64,000 bases of DNA from an uncultured bacterium (lineage in GTDB: Bacteria; Chloroflexota; UBA5177; JANWHV01). Positions 49,095 through 59,100 of this stretch are shown here, in pieces. Position numbers and translations under genes: made by a program. Location of the stretch: assembly GCA_963827235.1 (NCBI GenBank), contig CAWHAE010000018.1, positions 256,001-320,000 on the forward strand, written 5' to 3'. How positions within the stretch are numbered: the stretch's first letter is position 1; each line of letters starts with the position of its first letter. Under the pieces are notes generated by a model. The model saw only the letters and a program-made list of their open reading frames with translations. It did no database searches and had not been told where the DNA came from.

Positions 49095-49901
49095 TCAGCG
49101 ATGCAGAAGCCCGACCAGGGCCAGCACCAGTCCGAGCGGGCCACACACGCAGGCGCCGTACAGCGAATAGGTGGCAATCTGCCTCGCCGATCTGACCAGA
49201 TCCTCGCGGCTCTTGAGGGTGATCAAGAACGGTGCGTTCGGGTCGCGGCTTGCCGCCATGCCCAGGCTGCCGTTGCCGTCACTTGCCGATCCGAGAACGT
49301 ACACCACCCGATCCACGGCCAGCACATCCTCCCGGTAGTGGTAGCCCAGGGTGCGCCGTCGACCGGGCACTGCGCCGGGCAGCATAAGCTGAAAGCGTCC
49401 CGCGTGAAGGTGGCCGGCCGCGTCTCCCGGCTCGAAACGGTCGACGACCTTCTCCATGTCGATTCTGGCACCCTCGGGCGCGACAGGTATGCGGTCGCTC
49501 CCATCGTTCAGCCGGAACGGCACCCGCCGCTCGTTACCGGCCACGGTGTCGCTGCCGCTGCGGGTCTGGCGGCGGACCTTACCATCCGGGTCTCGCACGT
49601 CCACGTCTTCTTCCCAGCGACGCTGCACGCGAAAGCGGTAAGCCACGCAGGCGGCACCGGCGATCTCCGACCGTAGTGGCTGTTCGCACTCGACGGTGCC
49701 CCGCAGGCCGACCTGCTGGCTGAACACGCCCGTGCCGACCACATCTGATACTCGCTGGTACAGAGCTCGCAGATCACCGATCGTCGATGCCTCCGTGGAT
49801 CCCGCCGCGAGCGCCAGGCGAGCGTTCCACCGCGAGACAAAGTAGAGTGACGCAGCGACGACGATCAGCGTCGCTCCTGCGATGATCAGGTTCATCGGCA
49901 T
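49095..49901 (-). CDS. GIDE (BAM)-domain membrane protein
   Basis: N- and C-terminal TM helices; PLRSEIAGAACVAY, VPFRLNDGSDRI, GYHYREDVL...VYVLG. Confidence 0.75.
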   Translation of the reverse strand: MPMNLIIAGATLIVVAASLYFVSRWNARLALAAGSTEASTIGDLRALYQRVSDVVGTGVFSQQVGLRGTVECEQPLRSEIAGAACVAYRFRVQRRWEEDVDVRDPDGKVRRQTRSGSDTVAGNERRVPFRLNDGSDRIPVAPEGARIDMEKVVDRFEPGDAAGHLHAGRFQLMLPGAVPGRRRTLGYHYREDVLAVDRVVYVLGSASDGNGSLGMAASRDPNAPFLITLKSREDLVRSARQIATYSLYGACVCGPLGLVLALVGLLHR

Positions 49902-50320
49902 GGTCTCCCGAACGGCGATGCCTAACGAGCGCCGGCGAGGCCGGCGATCGCGAAGCCGCGCCTCAGCGGCTTGCCGATTCTAGGCACCTATCCTGAATGC
50001 TGTCAAGCACCGCGCCGCCCAAGCGCGGACCGCCGAACCGATGCCGTTGGCAGCCCGCGAACAGAGCGACGATGCGCCTGGTCCTGGGAGACAGGGCATC
50101 GTGCCCAATACTCCGCAGGCAAGAAGGACATGCGGCCGATCGCGCGTAGCCGTAGCCGAGATGCCCCGGGCTTCAGCGCCAAGTCTGCTTCCCGCGTGTC
50201 TGAACCGTCCTGGGCATCGTGCCCGCCCGGTCCGCTGCCACGAGGCGAACGCCACGCGCGCCGCGTACCCCGGCACCCCCTTGTGAATACGCCGACAGAA
50301 CGCAGGCTGCGCGGCAGGTG

Positions 50321-50509
50321 CTACCGCTCTACCGACCTGCTCCGCAGGTCTTCGAGCGCCTCGTTTACCAGCGCGTTCATGCTACGGCGCTCGTAAAAGG
50401 CGGTGGTGCGAAGCCATTCGTACAGGTCAGAAGACAGTCGTACCTGGAGAATTGACTGGTGCTTATCACTACGCTGCTCGTCTGCGGGCGGCTTCGACTG
50501 TGCGCTCAT
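50321..50509 (-). CDS. Arc/ribbon-helix-helix DNA-binding protein
   Basis: LQVRLSSDLYEWLRTTAFYERRSMNALVNEAL. Confidence 0.8.
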   Translation of the reverse strand: MSAQSKPPADEQRSDKHQSILQVRLSSDLYEWLRTTAFYERRSMNALVNEALEDLRSRSVER

Positions 50510-50631
50510 TTCCGGCCCTCTGCTAGCTCGCTCGTCGACCACGGCGTGTCGTGCGTGGTAATCGCGGCCGCCCTGCCGGCCGGCACCCTACGGCGCCGGC
50601 ATCAAGCAACGCCACTGGCCCCCATGCACGC

Positions 50632-50672
50632 TATCATGCTAGCATCATACTAAGTGCGGTCGTTCGTGTCAA
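50632..50672 (-). promoter_or_regulatory. Near-consensus sigma70 promoter with overlapping palindromic operator
   Basis: TTGACA-17-TATGAT; TATCATGCTAGCATCATA (core ATGCTAGCAT) covers -10/+1. Confidence 0.75.
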
Positions 50673-50920
50673 AGCGCCTCGCCGTGTGAAGCACGCCTCA
50701 TTCTCACGGTCCAGCGCTTGGGCCGCCGATCCCGGAAGTGCGGCCGCGCTTCCTCCAGGCGTGACGAGCATCATCCCGTCGGACGAATTCCCGACCTCAC
50801 GCGCCAGTCTTCCCGGGCTGGAGGCTACCGTCCCTCGCCCACCCGGCCGCGGCCCGCGGAGCTCACCGCAGTGGGTCGCTCCTTACATACTGCCGCGGCC
50901 GGAGGCCCCGTTCCTCGTGC

Positions 50921-52042
50921 TCAGCGCTCCTCGATCGGGGTGTATGGGCGCAGACTGGGCCCAACGTAGTCGGCACGCGGGCGCATGAGCCGGTTGTTCG
51001 CATACTGCTCCAGGATGTGCGCCGTCCATCCCGCGATGCGGCTGCAAGCAAACACCGGTGTGAAGAGGTCGGTATGGATGCCGAGGGCACGGTAGGTCGA
51101 TGCCGAGTAGAAATCCACATTCGCGTAGAGGCCCTTGGCCTCGCGCACGACCTGCTCTACAAGCTCCGACATCTGGAACCAGTAGGGATTGCCCGAGCGC
51201 TCACCCACGTCTCGCGCCATACCGCGCAAGGCCGTGGCGCGCGGGTCCTCGGTGCGGTAGACGGCGTGCCCAAAGCCCATGATGCGCTCGCCGCGCGCCA
51301 GGGCCGCGTGTACCCACTCGCGTGCCGATCCGGGGGAGTCAATCGCTTCGAGCATGCGCATCACGCGCTCGTTGGCGCCGCCGTGCGACGGTCCCGCCAG
51401 GGCCGCGATCGCGGCGGTAACCGCGCCGTAGATGTCGGCAAGCGTCGACGCCACTTCGCGAGCAGCGAACGTGGACGCATTCAGCTCGTGGTCCGCGTGA
51501 AGGATGAGTGCCACGTCGAACACGTGCGCATCCTGCCTATCGGGTTCCTTGCCGCGCAGCATATAGAGGAAGTTGGCGGCCAGCGGCAGGTCGGGCCGGG
51601 GCGTGATAGGCGAATGCCCGTAGCGCAGCTTGTCGAACGCGGCGACGATGGTTGGGATGCGCGCGGTCAGTCGTACCGCCTTGCGCACCATGGCGGGACG
51701 TGAGCTGTCGAAGAGCTCACGGTCGTACATGGCCATGGCGGAAACGGCGGTCCGCAGAGCCGACATCGGAGAGCCGCTGCTCGGCAGCGAGCCCAGCATG
51801 TCGATGATCTCCGCCGGCAGCTCGGCCTCGGACTTGATCACCTCGGCGAGCTGTTCGAGCTGCAGCAGTGTCGGCAGCTCGCCGTGCCATAGCAGATAAA
51901 TCACTTCCTCGAAGGTGGAGTAGCGGGCTAGGTCGGCTATATCGTAACCGCGATAGGACAGCTTTCCCCGTGCACCGTCGACGTTGCATATGGCAGACGA
52001 AGCAGCGATTACATCGCGCAGACCGGCGGTCGGACTAGCCAT
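50921..52042 (-). CDS. Citrate synthase / 2-methylcitrate synthase family
   Basis: LSYRGY, LHADHELNASTF, GPSHGGANE, MGFGHAVY, DPR, NVDFYS. Confidence 0.95.
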   Translation of the reverse strand: MASPTAGLRDVIAASSAICNVDGARGKLSYRGYDIADLARYSTFEEVIYLLWHGELPTLLQLEQLAEVIKSEAELPAEIIDMLGSLPSSGSPMSALRTAVSAMAMYDRELFDSSRPAMVRKAVRLTARIPTIVAAFDKLRYGHSPITPRPDLPLAANFLYMLRGKEPDRQDAHVFDVALILHADHELNASTFAAREVASTLADIYGAVTAAIAALAGPSHGGANERVMRMLEAIDSPGSAREWVHAALARGERIMGFGHAVYRTEDPRATALRGMARDVGERSGNPYWFQMSELVEQVVREAKGLYANVDFYSASTYRALGIHTDLFTPVFACSRIAGWTAHILEQYANNRLMRPRADYVGPSLRPYTPIEER

Positions 52043-52183
52043 ACCATTCCCTCTCTCCGCCCGCCAAACGGCGGGCTGACCGTCGAAAACTGAAAGTTGC
52101 CCCGCCGGCGCGGAACGGAATCCACCCCGGATTGCTCTGAGTAGTTACAGTATCGCTGGACTTAGGGCCAGGGTCAACAGAAT

Positions 52184-53854
52184 TCACGCCCCCGCGCGGC
52201 GTGCCGGTGCGACCGCCGGCGCGTCGGAGACGTCCGTACGCGCCTTGCCCCCGTCGCCGGGTTGAGCCTGCAAACCGGCCAGACCCGGCAGAATGACGAC
52301 GAAGCGGGTCCAGCCGTCCTCGCCGCTACGCGCTTCCACGTTGCCGCCGTGTGCAACCACGATCTCACGGACGATGGCCAGGCCCAGTCCTGTGCCGCCG
52401 GTCCTCGTCGCCCGCGAATGGTCGGTGCGATAGAAGCGCTGAAACACGCGCGTGAGATCCTCGGCCGCAATGCCGGCGCCGGTGTTCGACACGGTCATGG
52501 AGACGCCGGCTGCAACCGCGGCCGTGCTCAGGGCGACGGTTCCCGCCGCGTCGCAGAACTTCACCGCGTTGTCCATCAGGTTCACCAGGACCTGAGTCAG
52601 CCGATCGGCATCGCCGAACACCATGAGGGCTCCGACCGATCGCTCGTCGAGGAAGCGCAGCCCGGCGTGGGCCGGCAGCGTGGCGTACCGCTCCAGGATG
52701 CTGCCGGCCAGATGATTGAGATCGACGGCTTGCTGGCGAAGCTGGAGCTGCCCGGCCTCCAGCTTGGAGAGGTCGAGCAGATCCTGGGTGAGGCGCTGAA
52801 GCCGTCGCGCCTCCTCGTTGATCACCTGCACCGCGCGGCGTTGCGTAGCATCGGCCGCCATCTCGTCGCTATCCGCCAGAATCTGGCTGAAGCCGACCAG
52901 CGAGGTCAGGGGAGTCTTCAGGTCGTGCGAGACGTTGGCGATGAATTGCCGTTGCATCTCGCGCGCTGTGCTGACCTCACTCGCCATCTTGTTGAAGCTG
53001 CGCGCCAGATCTCCGATCTCGTCGTTGCGTGCTTCCTGCACCCGCTGGTTGTAGTCGCCGCGCGCCATCTTCTCCGAGGCTTGAGCGATGGATTGGATGG
53101 GCCGCGTGATGGCGCGCACGATCAGCAGGACGACGAGCATAGTCACCACGAGCGCGAAGGCGCCCGCCCTGGCCAGCTCGGGAACCAGGCTGCCGAAGGC
53201 GCGCTGATCCACTCCGCCGGGCGACTTGGCCACGATGATGGCACGCACGAGCAGCGGCGGCGTGTAGCTCTGCCAGGCAGCCGTGCCCATCAATGCGGCG
53301 TACGAGGCGGAGAACGAGGCCGAGCAGGCGGCATAGTAGTAGGTGCTGCCGCCCGGCAGGCCGGTCGTCTGCTGTACCTGCTTGCAGCTGTTGGGAGACT
53401 GGAGACTGAGCACGACAGGTTGGGGCGAGCGGCCGGACACGTCGTCCAGCGTGCGGCAGTCTGTCTGTGGGTACAGGCTAACCGGCGGTGACGTCGAATC
53501 CGTATCCATCGCCACCTGATCGCAGTAGTCGGTAAGCAAGATGCGGAATCCGCTGGCGCGGGCCAGTGAGGTGAGCTGGCCGCGCAGAGCCGTGACGGCT
53601 GCCAGGTCTCGCTGACCGGCGTCCTGGGCCTCCTCCGACTGCGAAAAACGGATAAGGTCCTTCTTGACCTGGGTGAACACCGAGGGAGCCGACGTCAACA
53701 AGTCGGACTGCACCTGTCTGGCGTCGGAGGCGCTGATCTGGCGCCAGAAGGCGGCACCGGTAAGCGCCGAGCTGAAGAGAAGCACGCCGACGAAGGCGAC
53801 GAAGAGTCTGCTACGCAGGCTGACAAAGCGCGGGTGGGGAAAGCGGCCGCTCAT
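52184..53854 (-). CDS. HAMP-domain sensor histidine kinase
   Basis: Two TM helices, DEIGDLARSFNKM, SHDLKTPL, NLMDNAVKF, GTGLGL. Confidence 0.95.
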   Translation of the reverse strand: MSGRFPHPRFVSLRSRLFVAFVGVLLFSSALTGAAFWRQISASDARQVQSDLLTSAPSVFTQVKKDLIRFSQSEEAQDAGQRDLAAVTALRGQLTSLARASGFRILLTDYCDQVAMDTDSTSPPVSLYPQTDCRTLDDVSGRSPQPVVLSLQSPNSCKQVQQTTGLPGGSTYYYAACSASFSASYAALMGTAAWQSYTPPLLVRAIIVAKSPGGVDQRAFGSLVPELARAGAFALVVTMLVVLLIVRAITRPIQSIAQASEKMARGDYNQRVQEARNDEIGDLARSFNKMASEVSTAREMQRQFIANVSHDLKTPLTSLVGFSQILADSDEMAADATQRRAVQVINEEARRLQRLTQDLLDLSKLEAGQLQLRQQAVDLNHLAGSILERYATLPAHAGLRFLDERSVGALMVFGDADRLTQVLVNLMDNAVKFCDAAGTVALSTAAVAAGVSMTVSNTGAGIAAEDLTRVFQRFYRTDHSRATRTGGTGLGLAIVREIVVAHGGNVEARSGEDGWTRFVVILPGLAGLQAQPGDGGKARTDVSDAPAVAPARRAGA

Positions 53855-53858
53855 GGCA

Positions 53859-54554
53859 TCAGCCGGTCTGCGGCGCCTCGAACTTATAGCCTACGCCCCA
53901 CACGGTGCTGATCCATCCCGGGCCGCCCCCTGCCGCCTGCAGCTTGTCCCGCACGTGCTGAACGTGCACGTCCACGGTGCGGCTGAAGCCCTCGAAGTCG
54001 TAGCCCCAGACCGTGTTCAGCAGCTGCTCGCGGCTGAACACCTGGCCGGGATGCCTGGCCAGGGCCAGCAGCAGGTCGAACTCCTTCGGTCGCAGCTCCA
54101 CCTGCTGGCTGCCGACACGCACTTCCCTGCGGTCGGGATCCAGGCGCAGGCTGCCGAACTCCAGTGCGCCCGACGGCCTCTCGGCGGTAGCCTGAACGCG
54201 CCGCAACAGAGCCTTGACCCGCGCCACCATTTCCTTGGGCTCGAAGGGCTTGGTGAGGTAGTCATCCGCGCCAAGCTCGAATCCCACGACCTTGTCTACG
54301 ATGTCATCGCGAGCCGTGAGCATGAGAATCGGCACCATGCTCTGCTTGCGGATCTCGCGGCACACGTCCGTCCCGGACATACCGGGAAGCATGATGTCGA
54401 GCACGACGAGCGCCGGCTTCACCCGGCCGCACATCTCCAGCGCCTGAGGGCCGCTGGCGGCGTGCTCCACCGAGAAGCCCTCTCGTCCCAGGTAGTGGGC
54501 GACGAGCTCTCGAATGTGGTCTTCGTCGTCGACGATCAATATCGGACCGGCCAT
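53859..54554 (-). CDS. OmpR/PhoB-family response regulator, partner of the adjacent kinase
   Basis: VDDE, LDIMLP, GADDYLTKPF, RTVDVHV, TVWGVGY. Confidence 0.95.
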   Translation of the reverse strand: MAGPILIVDDEDHIRELVAHYLGREGFSVEHAASGPQALEMCGRVKPALVVLDIMLPGMSGTDVCREIRKQSMVPILMLTARDDIVDKVVGFELGADDYLTKPFEPKEMVARVKALLRRVQATAERPSGALEFGSLRLDPDRREVRVGSQQVELRPKEFDLLLALARHPGQVFSREQLLNTVWGYDFEGFSRTVDVHVQHVRDKLQAAGGGPGWISTVWGVGYKFEAPQTG

Positions 54555-54852
54555 GGCCGTATCTTACCATGCTCCGGCACACTTCGAAACGAGATCATGT
54601 GCGTGTCCGCCAAGTGCCCCGTCCGCAGCCGAATACCGGCCCGATCTGCACCAATGTGCAGCCGCTCCCGGGACTTTGCGGCATGGTCGGAACCCGCACA
54701 CATAGTGTTCTCTGCCCGGTCTCCGGTACGATGGTGACGTCAAAACGGCACTGATTGCATTATGCGGCGTCACCGGCCGATAATGGACATGTGTGGTGCT
54801 TGCGAGATAAGCGGAGGAAGCGGAGATGGCTAAGCAGGAAGGCGAGGCTGCA

Positions 54853-55131
54853 GTGGGCAAGAACGAGATGGTGAACGTTGGCGCGCAGAACTACGTGGTT
54901 GCACATCGCGTCGTGGCTATCCTTGCAAGTAACACCGCCCCCATTCGACGCGTGATCCGCGAAGGCAAGGATTCCGGCAAACTGCTTGATGTGAGCCAGC
55001 ATAGGGAGCTGCGGTCCGTCGTCGTACTCGACGATGGACACATGGTGGCAAGCTTCTTGCCGACCACTACCGTCGTCCGCCGCTTCGGCGACCCAACTGC
55101 CACGCTGGAGGAAAGCGATCCCGATGAGTGA
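54853..55131 (+). CDS. remA: RemA/DUF370 family protein
   Basis: VNVG..NYVVAHRVVAI...APIRR...LLDVS..RELRSVVVLDDGH; immediately upstream of gmk. Confidence 0.85.
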   Translation: MGKNEMVNVGAQNYVVAHRVVAILASNTAPIRRVIREGKDSGKLLDVSQHRELRSVVVLDDGHMVASFLPTTTVVRRFGDPTATLEESDPDE

Positions 55132-55729
55132 ACCCGCGGTGGGCGGGTCGCTTTTCGTCTTGTCCGGCCCATCCGGCGTCGGCAAAGACGCCGCGATAGA
55201 GCGCCTCAAGGCGCGCGATATAGACATCTACCACGTGATCACGGCGACCACGCGGCAGCGGCGGCCGAACGAGCAGCACGGGGTGGACTACTTCTTCTAT
55301 TCGCCGGACGAGTTCGTGGACTTGCTGAAGCGCAACGAGCTGCTTGAGTCCGCGGTCGTGGCGGGTAACCGCTACGGCACACCGCGCACTCAGGTGCGTG
55401 AGCAGCTGGTACAGGGCTCCGACGTCTTGCTCAAGATCGACGTCCAGGGAGCGCGGCAGGTGAAGATCCGGGTACCTGACGCGGTGTTCATCTTTCTTGC
55501 GCCCCCCTCTATCGACGACCTGGTCGAGCGTCTCAAACAGCGAAACACGGAGACCGAGCAGCAGATCGCCGAGCGGATGCTCACCGCCTACGTGGAGATG
55601 GAAGCGGTGGACAGCTACGACTATGTTGTGGTCAACCGGCACGACAAGCTGGATCTGGCGGTGGACCAGATAAGCTGCATCATCTGCGCCGAGCGCTGCC
55701 GTGTTCATCGCCGCACCGTCGTCGTCTAG
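55124..55729 (+). CDS. gmk: Guanylate kinase
   Basis: SGPSGVGKD, TTRQRRPNEQHGVDYFF, YGTP, IDVQGA. Confidence 0.97.
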   Translation: MSEPAVGGSLFVLSGPSGVGKDAAIERLKARDIDIYHVITATTRQRRPNEQHGVDYFFYSPDEFVDLLKRNELLESAVVAGNRYGTPRTQVREQLVQGSDVLLKIDVQGARQVKIRVPDAVFIFLAPPSIDDLVERLKQRNTETEQQIAERMLTAYVEMEAVDSYDYVVVNRHDKLDLAVDQISCIICAERCRVHRRTVVV

Positions 55730-55760
55730 ACCGGCAATCCGAAGATCTGGCGCGGTTTCG

Positions 55761-55811
55761 GCACGGAGTCCACGCTGGGGGTGCACTGCACTCCCGACGC
55801 GGGCTCCGTGC
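55761..55811. terminator. Long GC-rich hairpin between convergent genes
   Basis: GCACGGAG...GGGGGTGCA/TGCACTCCC...CTCCGTGC; no U-tract. Confidence 0.35.
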
Positions 55812-56183
55812 ATACCGCCGGTGCCACGCGTGGCGCGGGACGCAACGGACACGACGTGATCGGCGCCCGCCGGCGCCGGTCGTTGACTCGTATCCCGGCC
55901 CTTCTCCGGCCGGGCTTCAATAAACCAGGCAAGCGAAGCGCCCGCGCCGGCCGGCGTCGCGCCGAGGCAAGTGCCAGCTCTGAGCGCGCGGCCTGAACGA
56001 TGCCCACCGGCTGAGCGACTACGCAGGCCCAGGGCGACCGGTCGGCATCACGCCGTCCGCACCACGGGCCCCGGCGGGCTTCCTCCGTCGAGCTCGGGAA
56101 CGGGCACCCCCGGTCGCTGGCGACCTCACGGAGCACCAACCGACCATTACATGCGGCCGGTTGGTGCCTCGCGAAGACGCCCG

Positions 56184-59100
56184 CTAGCGTGCCGTGATGG
56201 AATAGATCTTCCCGCTGCCGTGCCCGTACACGTCGGGGAAGTACAGCATCTTCGCCTGCGTAGGCAGGTCGTGGTATTCTCCTGCCGTCGTCAGATGCAG
56301 CTGATAGCTGTACTCATAGGTGCCGGCCGGCAGGTAGTCCGCAAACAGAGCAACCCGATCGTCGCGCTGCTCGGCATGCGAGATGTACCAGCTCAGATCC
56401 GATGTCCCGCTGGGAATCGTGGTGCGCGACGTCAAGCTGCTCAATATGCTGGTGGTGCGCAGCGACGGATCGACGGCCTCGGCGCCGGCCGGTAACGGGT
56501 CTTCGATCTGTACGTAGTAGAGATCCTCCGGCGCCGTCAGCGTGAGCACGACACGCACGTCGGAACCGGCCTGGCTGTGGCTTCCCGCTATGGGCTGGTA
56601 CTGCCTGCTCACCACGATACCGTGCTCGACCGGCCCCACTCTCGTCACCACCTGGTAGGTCACGAGCGAGACCGCGTAGGCGAGCTGCCCGCCGCCGCCG
56701 CGTTGCTGCAGGGTAACGGTGCTGCCGCCGGGGCGCAGATCGGAAAGCGGAACCGTAAACGTGCGTGGAGTGCCCCGGGTGGCGTCGGTAATCGTGCCGG
56801 AGCCGATCGTCTTGCCGTCGACCTGCACGCTGTAGTCGCTGGTTCCGCTCGACGACTGATTCCGCACCGCGTAGTCCACCAGGGCGCGCACAGCCAGCGA
56901 CGTGCTGAGGGTCGAGTCCCACCAACCCTGCTGTTGCTGCTGCACGATCAGCCAGCGCGTGGCGCCAACTACCAATGGACTGGCCGGATCGAGGCGGATC
57001 AGCGCATCCAGAATGGCGGACGTCGCCGAGACGCTGTCCTCCATCATCAGCCAGTCCGGCGAGCTGTCCGACCAGTGTGCCTGGTTGTCGAACTGCTGCG
57101 CCGCGCCGCCAATGTCGTTGATCAGCGCCTTCACACGCGGGTCGCCGGCGCCCGACGTCTGGGCGATAGCCAGGGCAAGGTACGCTCGCGCAAACGGCAG
57201 GATGTTCTGCTTGTTGCTGTACAGCGTCGATGCCAGCCCTGGATTAGGCGAGCCGGCCCGGCCCAGAAGATAGACGACGTACGACTGCAGATCATAGGCA
57301 TATGTAGACGTGTCCACGTAGCTAAACGTAGGCGACGAGCTGGGCTTCACCGCCCAGCCGCTGAGAAAGCCGGTGGCGCGCTTCAAGACCTTGGCGTCCA
57401 CGGGATAGCCCAGACTGTTGAGTGTCACCATGCCGTCCACTACCCACGCACTGACGAAGGGGTCGCTCAAGCCCTCGGGCCACCAGCCCCAGCCGCCATC
57501 GGCATTCTGACTGTTGTAGAGCGTCTGCAGCGTCACCCGAGCACTGGAGGGAAGGCTCAGCGCCAATGACGTGCCCATGCCGCTCACCGATCGCGGTAGC
57601 CGGTTGGCCTCCACCAACCCGTAGATTACGCTCGTGATCTGCTCGTTGCAGGTGTAGCCGTAGTTGGCCAGGAAGCTGGCGGCCGGCCCGAGGCTCGACA
57701 CCAGAGTGGGATAGAGTCTGATCGTGAGCGCGCCTTCGCCGGGAATCGCCCCGGCCGGCACGCTCACCCGCTGCGTGGCTACGGTCCGGAAGAGACCGCT
57801 GGTTGCCGACGTCACCGGAATGCTGTTGGCCTGTACTGGAATTGTGACCTGGAGCTTATCCCCCAGGCTCGCGTTGGTTTCCGCGAGGGCGGAGATCAGG
57901 AAGGTCCTGGAGCCGATCGCGGGAGCGGAGATCGGCCACTGCACGAGCTGCGATCCACCCGCCGCAACCTGGACCGTCGCGTGAAGGTCCGATTCGGCGC
58001 CGGAACCGGCGGCATGCAGGCTGACGGCCACTTTCTGCGCCGACTCAGTAAGGTTGTCCACCACGGCGCCGCCCATGGTCGTGTCGCCGACCGTCAGGAA
58101 TCGCGGCAAAGCCGCCTCCAGCAGGAGGCTCTTCGTGCTGATCAGGTCCAGTGCTCGATTCGCCGACCAGGGTCGACTGCGTCCCGCCGGCCGCGCTGAA
58201 TGTCCAGGTGGTCAGATTGTCCGGCAGTACCACGGAAATCGACGCGTTGCCGGCCGCATTGGTGACCACCGAAGGGTTCCAGTACGCTGTGTCCGGGAAC
58301 ACGGCGCGCGTCGGGCCGCCAGGGCCACCGCCGCCGCCGCTTCCGCCTTTGGAGCCGACCGCCTGGCTCAGGTTCAGGCGATCGATATACAGGTTGAGCG
58401 TGGCCGCGCTCTCCACGCCCAGGTCCCTCTGCGCGTAGAAGGTGTCCATCAGACTGACGCTCTGGCTGGCCGCCAGGGCAAGCACGGACTTGTCGACCAA
58501 GCTCACCGCGAGCTGCGCCTGTACCGGGTGTCCCTGGGCGTCCGCGGCATGGATAGTGAACGTCACGCGCTGACCGCGGCGATGCCTTGGTCGTCGAGGC
58601 GTGGAGGGACAGATGGAGAGCTTCGAGACGTCACACCGATCGGTAGCGAGATGTAGCCCATTCTCCAGACGGGAATGCTGGTGTCTTTCCCGGGGCCCTT
58701 GACCAGCGTGACCGAGACGTAGACATTGGGCGCAAACAGTCCGCTGATCGGCAGGCTGATCGTCGAGCTGTTGCTCGGAAGGGTGAGCAGCATGTGTGAC
58801 AACACCGTGCCACGCTCCACCGTGACCATCGCCGTCATGCCGGCAAGCGGCGCGGTGACCAGGATGTGCGCCGTGTCACCCGGCTGATAGCTCTTCTTGT
58901 CCGCCACGAGGCGAATACGATCGTTGTTCTGGGGCTGCCACGGCACGTAGGTCTCGCCTTTGCCGAGCACCCACAGCGGCATCTTGCTGCTGGACGACCT
59001 GCCGGCGCGGTCGGTCGCGACCGCGTCCACGACGTATTCGCCGCCGTCCGCCGGCGCGACGAAGGCGTCCGCCTTGCCCTGTGCGTCGGTGTGCAGGGAG

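Noticed and set aside
52043-52177. Citrate synthase leader resembling part of a c-di-AMP (ydaO) riboswitch (GGGGTGGATTCC)
   Set aside because: Other conserved segments are missing; only two local hairpins. An Rfam scan would settle it.
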